Below are positions 1 to 6,258 of a stretch of 6,456 bases of DNA, in pieces (within the stretch, counting starts at the first letter, position 1; every line of letters starts with the position of its first letter). Under the pieces are notes generated by a model. That model did no database searches and was not told where the DNA came from. It worked only from the letters and a program-made list of their open reading frames with translations. Source of the DNA: Paraspadella gotoi (Eukaryota; Animalia; Chaetognatha). The position numbers and the translations under genes were made by a program. The stretch lies in assembly GCA_051294375.1 (NCBI GenBank), contig JBJCIZ010000127.1, positions 1 to 6,456 on the forward strand, in the 5' to 3' direction.

Positions 1-11
1 TGCCATCCACA
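1..11 (+). repeat. 3' end of the 5' LTR (U5 terminus)
   Basis: TGCCATCCACA at 1-11 is identical to 5413-5423, ends in CA and is followed after 1 nt by TGG (PBS). Confidence 0.92.
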
Positions 12-12
12 T

Positions 13-30
13 TGGTGAGCCCAACTCTGA
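13..30 (+). promoter_or_regulatory. Primer binding site, imperfectly tRNA-Trp-like
   Basis: TGGTGAGCCCAACTCTGA starts 1 nt after the LTR CA; TGG complements the tRNA CCA end. It resembles the typical Trp PBS TGGTGACCCCGACGTGA (recalled, not searched) with mismatches. Position is secure, tRNA identity less so. Confidence 0.8.
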
Positions 31-72
31 ATAATTCCAACCTTCATATCAACCAGACGCCGAGACTCTTCA

Positions 73-1203
73 ATGAGCGAATCCCGCGAGACGCGTCAAT
101 CCTCTCGCCTCCGGCTTCAGACCACTCTCAAAGTTCCCAAAGGCGCCGGTAGGGGCCGCCTCTCTCGCGAGACTTCTCCCACCGGATCTGTCGACGCAGC
201 AGGCGCGCCCACCTTCACTTTCTCGCCGAACTCGCCCAGGTTTTTCGCTTTCCCACCGACTTCTCCAAACATCGAAGCCTTCGCGGACGCCAACGGCGAA
301 ATGGCGACAGCCTCAGGCACCAACGAAACGGAATCCCTCCGCTCAGCTCTCGCAGCAGCCCTCAAGGCATTAGAGAAAAAGAAAAAACCGGAACTACCGA
401 CTTTCGACCCCAAGAACATTGACATATGGATCAGAAGGGTCGAAGCAGCTTTCATCCGTGCCAACGTCAAGGAGGCGAGCGAGAAATTTGCCCACTTGGA
501 ATCCAAGATCAGCGTCGACGCCAATCCGCGCGTCAACGCCTTCTTGTACGGAGACCCGTCCGAGACCAACTGGACAGCTTTCATCTTGTACTTACGTAAG
601 GAGTACGGGACAACACAGCGCCAACAGGCGGCACTTCTTCTCGACGGTTTCAGCCGCGATGGAATGCGACCCTCCCAGCACCTTGCAAGACTAGAGGAGA
701 AAATAAAGTCAGTCACGATCGACGACATCAAAAAAGAAACGATAATAAGGGGCCTCCCCCTTGAAATAAGACGCTCCTTAGAGGACAAGGTCGATGAGTG
801 GACAGCAGCACAAGTGGCCGACGCAGCAGATAAGTTTTTTGACGCCGAAGGTCGACCCACCCTTGCCACACCAACCTCGGCCATCAACGCCGCCACAGCC
901 AATACAAACGTCAACAACTCGAGCAGCGACTCTGAACGAGACAGTGACGCCGGCGTTAACTCTGTCCAGGGGCAACGCCGCGACCGGAACCACCCTCAGA
1001 CCAGCAACTGGCGCAAAAGTGCGTCAAGCGGATCGTCGACGAATGTCCGACCGCCAAACGCTCGATTGAAGCAGGTGTGCCGTTGGCATCTCAAGTTTGG
1101 CGACGCCGCCTTCCGCTGTGAACGCGGCTGTGCTCGAAAGGGTGAGCGGCGCGATCGGAAGGACCCTCAGTCGGGAAATGGCGCCGCGGGCCAGCGCAGG
1201 TGA
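73..1203 (+). CDS. gag: Gag polyprotein, 376 aa (capsid-like core plus CHCC nucleocapsid knuckle)
   Basis: ATG-initiated ORF just after the PBS. LPTFDPKNIDIWIRRVEAAF resembles the capsid N-terminus of this group. CRWHLKFGDAAFRCERGC = C-X2-H-X9-C-X3-C at 1078-1131. Basic KKKKP at 376-390. Confidence 0.93.
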   Translation: MSESRETRQSSRLRLQTTLKVPKGAGRGRLSRETSPTGSVDAAGAPTFTFSPNSPRFFAFPPTSPNIEAFADANGEMATASGTNETESLRSALAAALKALEKKKKPELPTFDPKNIDIWIRRVEAAFIRANVKEASEKFAHLESKISVDANPRVNAFLYGDPSETNWTAFILYLRKEYGTTQRQQAALLLDGFSRDGMRPSQHLARLEEKIKSVTIDDIKKETIIRGLPLEIRRSLEDKVDEWTAAQVADAADKFFDAEGRPTLATPTSAINAATANTNVNNSSSDSERDSDAGVNSVQGQRRDRNHPQTSNWRKSASSGSSTNVRPPNARLKQVCRWHLKFGDAAFRCERGCARKGERRDRKDPQSGNGAAGQRR

Positions 1204-1234
1204 ACGCTGTGCCCCGCGCCAAAGACGATTCACC
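1173..1234 (+). promoter_or_regulatory. -1 programmed ribosomal frameshift signal (slippery heptamer plus predicted pseudoknot)
   Basis: G_GGA_AAT at 1173-1179 is in X_XXY_YYZ register with gag codons. It is followed by a 5-nt spacer and a stem 1185-1196/1205-1218; loop GGTGAA (1199-1204) is complementary to TTCACC (1229-1234). The -1 frame is open from here to 4751. Confidence 0.85.
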
Positions 1235-4200
1235 CGACAATTACCTTCTTCACGTGAAGGACACCACCGACGGACGCCAATGGCTCGTTGATGGTGGCGC
1301 CCTCCTCTCATTGATACCGCCTACCGCGGCACAACGGGAAGCAGGCCCAGTCGGACCAAAACTTCAAGCAGCCAATGGTTCCCCCATAAACTCTTACGGC
1401 GTCATAAATAAACGAGTAGTTCTCGGCTCTAGAGTCTTCTCATTTGATTTCCTGGTAGCAGATGTAACGCAAAGCATTTTGGGAGCCGACTTCCTAGCCG
1501 AGTTTTATTTAGCTCCAAACCATCGTGATGGCACACTGTTGGACCTCCGCGACCTGTCAACAATTTCCTGCGACATCTCGGAAGTGAGTCCACCATCACA
1601 TGTCAACCATGTCGATCAGAGCGACAACATCTACTATCAACTACTTGACAACTACCCGACCTTGTCAACCCCGACATTTGAGATCCGGGAGCCTAAGCAT
1701 GGAGTTAGGCATCATATACCTACCTTTGGCCGCCCCTGCCAAGCAAGGGCCCGACGACTTCCACCAGAGAAGCTCGCCGTCGCCAAAGCAGAGCTGGAAA
1801 AGTTAGTAGCCCTCGGCATCGCCAAGCGAGCAAAAAGCTCCTGGTCGTCACCCTTGCTCTGCGTCCCAAAGGCTGACGGAGGTTGGCGATGCTGTGGAGA
1901 TTTCCGCAGGCTCAACGCCAACACCAAGGACGATAAATATCCCGTCAAGCTCTTAGCTGATTTCAACGCAGAGTTGGCGGGAAAGAAAATATTCTCCAAA
2001 ATCGACCTTCTAAAAGGGTACCACCAGATTCCCGTGGCAGATGAAGACGTTCCCAAGACCGCAGTTATCACTCCATTCGGGCTATTTGTCTTCCTTCGAA
2101 CTCCTTTCGGCCTTAAGAACGCCGGCCAGGATTTTCAACGGATGATGGATGAAATCCTGGGCGACGTTCCCCACACATATGTCTACTTGGACGACATTCT
2201 CGTGGCTAGTGTCGATCAAGAGGAACACTTGAAGGACCTGAAGGCAGTGTTCGACTCTCTCGCCGAGAATGGACTGGTGATTAATCGCAAGAAATGCATT
2301 CTGGGCCAACCATCACTGGAATTTTTAGGCTACATGGTCGACGCCACTGGCGTGAAGCCCCTTCCCCAGAAGGTAGAAGCGATACGCGCCACCAACCCGC
2401 CCACAACAGTGAAAGAGCTCCAAAGGTTCCTCGGTATGGTCAACTACTACCGACGCTTCATACCGAAGGCCGCCCACCATGCCGCGGCATTATATGACGT
2501 CTTGGCCGGCAAGCCAAAGCAGCTCAATTGGACGGACAAGTGCATGGAGTCTTTTAACGCAATCAAAGAAGCGCTGGCAAATGCAGCGTTACTCCGGCAC
2601 CCTCAAACAAACGCGCAGCTGGCCCTCACCACGGATGCATCCGACATCGCCGTCGGCGCTGTATTGGAACAGCGGACGCCGCTAGGATGGGAGCCACTCG
2701 CCTTCTTTTCGGCAAAACTCGACCAAGCACAGAGACGTTGGCCACCGTTCGACAGAGAACTGTATGGAGCATTCCGAGCTGTCCGACATTTTCGGCACTG
2801 GCTTGAAGGCAGATCGTTTACTCTCTACACTGACCATCAGTCTCTAATACACGCCCTCCACAAGCGAGCCGAGCCTCAAACAACTCGCCATAACTTCCAA
2901 CTATCAGTCATATCCGAATTCACGACTGACATCCGCCACATCCGCGGCAAGGCCAATGTGGTCGCCGACGCTTTGTCGCGCCCAAACCCGCCGCAAATCG
3001 CCACAATCGACCGCCCACTACCTTCAGAAAAAACGCAGGACCTCCAAGCGACCGTCAACGCCATCGGGCAAGAGGGTGTTGACTTGGAGGAAATGGCGCG
3101 GCACCAAGCATTGGATCGCGATTTCCAGCGCCTTGCCCAGGACGCCAGAACGGGCCTTCAATTCCGCAGAGTCACAGTGGGCGATCAGCAACTCTTCGTC
3201 GATGTCTCGAATGGTCCTGCACGACCTTTCGTGCCAGAATCATGGCGGAAGCGAATCTTCAACGCTATTCACGGCTTAGGACATCCAGGAATTGCAAGAA
3301 CGCGCGAGACAATCGCCTCAAAATTTGTTTGGCCATCTCTCCGAGCTGACACCACCCGCTGGGCACGTGAGTGCATTCCCTGCCAGCGAGCGAAGGTCAC
3401 ACGTCACGTGACCCCCAATATCGGCGACTTCGAAGTCCCGGCGAAACGATTTCAACACTTGAACGTGGACATTGCATTGATGCCAACGTCAAATGGTTTC
3501 AACTCCCTCCTCACAATAGTCGACAGATTTTCGAGGTGGCCCGCAGCTATACCAATGAAGGACTTGACGACCACATCAGTAGTAGACGCGATCGCCCATG
3601 GCTGGATTGCCCACTACGGGATCCCAGCGGCCATCACAACGGATCGCGGAGCACAATTTGCGGCAGCCATCTGGACTCAGTTGACACAAGCCTGGGGAAT
3701 CAAGCACCATCAGACGACAGCCTACCATCCGCAGTCAAACGGATTGGTAGAACGTTTTCATCGCCGTCTAAAGGAGTCGCTGATCGCGCTCGGTGACAAT
3801 GAACCCCACAAATGGTTCTGGAGACTCCCGTCGTCCCTCTTAGCAATTCGAACAACTATAAAACCGGACATTGGAGCATCTCCAGCCGAGCTAGTCTTTG
3901 GCGAAGGACTCGCAGTGCCCGGCGACGTGCTCCCTCCACCAATCTCTGACAACCAACTTCAAGAACAGCGTCGACGATTACGCGACAATCTCCGAGTGGA
4001 GGTCGAGCGCCTCCAACCAACCGAGACTTCAGCACACCGAGCGCCACGCCTTTATCTCCCCGAAACCCTCGTGGACGCGACGCACGTCTTCATTCAAAGC
4101 GCACCTGTGCACCCAGCGTTGACGGCGCCTTATCACGGCCCATATCGAGTCGTGTCTCGGGACAATCTCAACTTCAAAGTCGAAATGCCCGGCCGCGGCG

Positions 4201-4751
4201 TACAAACAATCGCCATCGCACGGATCAAACCAGCAACCCTATGGCGTGACGAGGATAGCGAAGAACAAATTTCCCGACCCCCTCCTCCAAGCCCTCGTCC
4301 ACCTCCCCCATCGACGAGGCAAACTCGCTCAATGACTCGCCTTCAACGACTAGCGCCGTCCACGCAAAACCAAGATAAAATTGACGGCGACGACGAGAAC
4401 GACGAAAATAGCGACGTCGAAACCACCCAGCCTCGATCTGATCCAGCGTCAACCGCACCAACGTCATCGAACAGAGACACTCCCGTTTCCGCTCCCGTCG
4501 ACGGCACCAAAGAGAAGAATCATGCCCCCGAGGGCACGGCCGCCGCACCCTCACTCACTTTCGGCGCTCCCCCTATTTCACCAGCGCCATTGTCGGCCCC
4601 AACGCCAACAGAGGAAGTGTGTCAACGGCCACGCCCACCGAGGGAATATTTCTTGCGCCCAAGGCCATCAAACTTTTCATATAAAATGATAAACGCTTCA
4701 ACCAAGCCCAACTATAACGCCGTAATACGTCGTTTATTAGATTTGAAGTGA
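1179..4751 (+). CDS. pol: Pol polyprotein (aspartic protease, reverse transcriptase, RNase H, integrase, GPY/F), expressed as a ~1559-aa Gag-Pol frameshift fusion
   Basis: PR: LVDGGA (Asp at 1290) and ILGADFL. RT: KIDL (Asp 2004), PFGLKNA, YLDD (2184-2195). RNase H: TDAS (Asp 2634), RELY, YTDH, ADALSR. IN: HHCC (3270-3383), D 3468, D 3642, E 3750 (D-X35-E), GPY at 4137-4145. No internal stop or frameshift. The GTG at 1200 in the ORF track is probably not the real start. Confidence 0.96.
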   Translation, partial: WRRGPAQVNAVPRAKDDSPDNYLLHVKDTTDGRQWLVDGGALLSLIPPTAAQREAGPVGPKLQAANGSPINSYGVINKRVVLGSRVFSFDFLVADVTQSILGADFLAEFYLAPNHRDGTLLDLRDLSTISCDISEVSPPSHVNHVDQSDNIYYQLLDNYPTLSTPTFEIREPKHGVRHHIPTFGRPCQARARRLPPEKLAVAKAELEKLVALGIAKRAKSSWSSPLLCVPKADGGWRCCGDFRRLNANTKDDKYPVKLLADFNAELAGKKIFSKIDLLKGYHQIPVADEDVPKTAVITPFGLFVFLRTPFGLKNAGQDFQRMMDEILGDVPHTYVYLDDILVASVDQEEHLKDLKAVFDSLAENGLVINRKKCILGQPSLEFLGYMVDATGVKPLPQKVEAIRATNPPTTVKELQRFLGMVNYYRRFIPKAAHHAAALYDVLAGKPKQLNWTDKCMESFNAIKEALANAALLRHPQTNAQLALTTDASDIAVGAVLEQRTPLGWEPLAFFSAKLDQAQRRWPPFDRELYGAFRAVRHFRHWLEGRSFTLYTDHQSLIHALHKRAEPQTTRHNFQLSVISEFTTDIRHIRGKANVVADALSRPNPPQIATIDRPLPSEKTQDLQATVNAIGQEGVDLEEMARHQALDRDFQRLAQDARTGLQFRRVTVGDQQLFVDVSNGPARPFVPESWRKRIFNAIHGLGHPGIARTRETIASKFVWPSLRADTTRWARECIPCQRAKVTRHVTPNIGDFEVPAKRFQHLNVDIALMPTSNGFNSLLTIVDRFSRWPAAIPMKDLTTTSVVDAIAHGWIAHYGIPAAITTDRGAQFAAAIWTQLTQAWGIKHHQTTAYHPQSNGLVERFHRRLKESLIALGDNEPHKWFWRLPSSLLAIRTTIKPDIGASPAELVFGEGLAVPGDVLPPPISDNQLQEQRRRLRDNLRVEVERLQPTETSAHRAPRLYLPETLVDATHVFIQSAPVHPALTAPYHGPYRVVSRDNLNFKVEMPGRGVQTIAIARIKPATLWRDEDSEEQISRPPPPSPRPPPPSTRQTRSMTRLQRLAPSTQNQDKIDGDDENDENSDVETTQPRSDPASTAPTSSNRDTPVSAPVDGTKEKNHAPEGTAAAPSLTFGAPPISPAPLSAPTPTEEVCQRPRPPREYFLRPRPSNFSYKMINASTKPNYNAVIRRLLDLK

Positions 4752-4875
4752 ATTAAAACATTTTTTTTTACAATTTTATATATATATTATGTATATATTA
4801 GTTAAAGTATTCAGACTAGTAGTACTTACCTTTAATAAGCCCAAACGTGTTCCGTAAACTATTATGTTTCCGTCT

Positions 4876-4883
4876 GGGGGGGA
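4876..4883 (+). promoter_or_regulatory. Polypurine tract (plus-strand primer)
   Basis: GGGGGGGA directly abuts the TG start of the 3' LTR at 4884. Confidence 0.9.
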
Positions 4884-5423
4884 TGTGGATTCGATCTCGA
4901 GATATCTCATCCCCGAATACTCCATCATAAAGATTGGTCAACTCCAATAGTTATTTTTACCTTTTACAAACTTTGATTAAAGACTTTATTAGTTTAAACA
5001 AATTACTATTTTATCTTTTGTTTCCCGAAACAAATGATCAATCTGTTTCAGTTCCATCCATTAACAATCAGCTGATTTAACTTGTGTTTTTACCTAGCTT
5101 AAAATCTGATTTACAGAGATAACTAATAATTAACAACCTACTTTGAATCTCTCCGGTTATCTTTAATTAGTATTTTTATTATGTTTTATTATTTTAATTG
5201 GTTATTAATTAATTAAATAATTAATTTGATTATTGTTTACTCATATAGATATTCTAATTGCTTGAAGGCAAAAGCAGTTGAATATCTATATGCTTTGATT
5301 ATTTTATTAAGGTTGCTTTTATTGAACTAACCAAGCAAGTTGGTTAATACTATTCTTACCACAAAGCAGAAAAACAATTGTCGACGCCACGAGCGCTAAC
5401 TTCAATATATGGTGCCATCCACA
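4884..5423 (+). repeat. 3' LTR, 540 bp, AT-rich
   Basis: Starts TG immediately after the PPT and ends CA. Perfect 7-bp terminal inverted repeat TGTGGAT (4884-4890)/ATCCACA (5417-5423). Its last 11 nt equal window 1-11. Confidence 0.92.
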
Positions 5424-5427
5424 TATT
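5424..5427 (+). other. Candidate target-site duplication (TATT if 4 bp)
   Basis: Bases immediately after the 3' LTR. The upstream copy lies outside the window, so neither length nor identity can be verified. Confidence 0.35.
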
Positions 5428-5678
5428 TATTGTCGGATTTTTTTAGAACTTCAACGAAACTTAACAATTGCAATATTGCCATCATTCTACATTGGTCGGT
5501 ATAAGAATATATTAAAAAAACATCTGGCTTTTTTAGTCAGAGCTTAGTCCTAATTTTGAAAAAAAATGTGTAGTTGATTGAAGAAAAACAAGTTTGAGCA
5601 AACAATGTCGGATCTACCTATGATAATTAAGCGGTAGTCAGCTAATCAGATGATAAATCACAATATTTTTTAAAAAAA

Positions 5679-5855
5679 TTTTCAACTCACATCATTTTTT
5701 TAACTCGCATCATTTTTTCAACTCACATCATTTTTTCAATTTGCATCATTTTTACAATTCGCATCATTTTTCAACTTGCATAATTTTTTTAACTTTCATC
5801 TTTTTTTAACTTGCATCATTTTTTTAAATTTGCATCATTTTTTCAACTTGCATAA
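5679..5855. repeat. Minisatellite, about 10 copies of a ~18-bp unit (consensus approx. TTTTTTCAACTTGCATCA)
   Basis: Head-to-tail degenerate units read directly, with variable T-run length and no spacers. Confidence 0.93.
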
Positions 5856-5860
5856 ATAAT

Positions 5861-6180
5861 AAAGATTCAAGTAAATGTGACTTATGTTTTTTCATTTAAA
5901 GTCATTTCCACTGGCACAATTCCGTCAAAACTTTATATCTAGCTTCTTCACACACTTTCCTACCTGCACACAAAATTTTATCTCAATCTATTAATCCAAT
6001 TATTGGTAATTATTGGTAATTATTGGTTCAAATAAGTAAAAAGATTTTCGTAAATGCGACTTATGTTTTTTCCATTTAAACTCATTTCCACTCGCACGAT
6101 TCCATCGAAACTTTATATCCAGCTTCGTCACACACTTTCCTACCCATACACAAAATTTAATTCCGATCCAACCACCCAAT
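5861..6180. repeat. Diverged direct repeat, two ~140-bp copies at ~179-bp period (5861-6000 and 6040-6180)
   Basis: Shared blocks in both copies: AAAGATT, GTAAATG, GACTTATGTTTTT, CATTTAAA, TCATTTCCACT, AAACTTTATATC, TCACACACTTTCCTACC, ACACAAAATTT, CCAAT. Confidence 0.93.
5998..6027. repeat. (AATTATTGGT)x3 perfect tandem repeat
   Basis: Three exact 10-bp copies between the two long repeat units. Confidence 0.9.
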
Positions 6181-6210
6181 CACGAGTTATTGGAGCTTTT
6201 TGCTAAGGTG

Positions 6211-6258
6211 GGATGGACGGATGGACGGACGGACGGATGGACGGACAGACAGACGGAC
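6211..6258. repeat. Compound tetranucleotide microsatellite (GGAC/GGAT/AGAC)x12
   Basis: GGATGGACGGATGGACGGACGGACGGATGGACGGACAGACAGACGGAC read directly. Confidence 0.95.

Larger units (their letters stand above)
1..5423 (+). mobile_element. Ty3/Gypsy LTR retrotransposon, probably CsRn1 lineage; 5' LTR truncated by the window edge
   Basis: Order is LTR end-PBS-gag-pol(PR,RT,RH,IN)-PPT-LTR. Integrase after RNase H indicates Ty3/Gypsy. The CHCC Gag knuckle, TGGTGA PBS and -1 gag/pol overlap fit the CsRn1 clade. No env ORF. Predicted full length about 5.95 kb if the two LTRs are equal. Confidence 0.96.

Noticed and set aside
1200-1202. GTG at 1200 as an independent pol start
   Set aside because: The frame is open upstream to an in-register slippery site with a stimulatory structure, so frameshifting is the better explanation.
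419-4689. Short alternative-frame and antisense ORFs (62-141 aa) overlapping gag/pol
   Set aside because: All lie within GC-rich coding sequence and show no recognisable motifs; these are expected shadow ORFs.
4761-4800. T-run and (TA)n stretch after pol as a TATA promoter
   Set aside because: Low-complexity 3' UTR outside the LTR with nothing downstream to express.
4237-4875. env gene or chromodomain after integrase
   Set aside because: No extra ORF fits in the 124 nt between the pol stop and the PPT, and the tail lacks signal, transmembrane or chromodomain patterns.
5035-5075. Minus-strand hammerhead ribozyme (CTGAT...GAAAC)
   Set aside because: The core reads CUGAUUG, not CUGANGA, and no convincing stem II forms.
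5424-5586. Flank between the LTR and the HINE-like element as a further repeat fragment or gene
   Set aside because: No ORF, termini or repeat structure that I can support without a search.
5679-5855. 18-bp array as a CRISPR array
   Set aside because: Units are contiguous and degenerate with no unique spacers or cas genes, and the context is eukaryotic.
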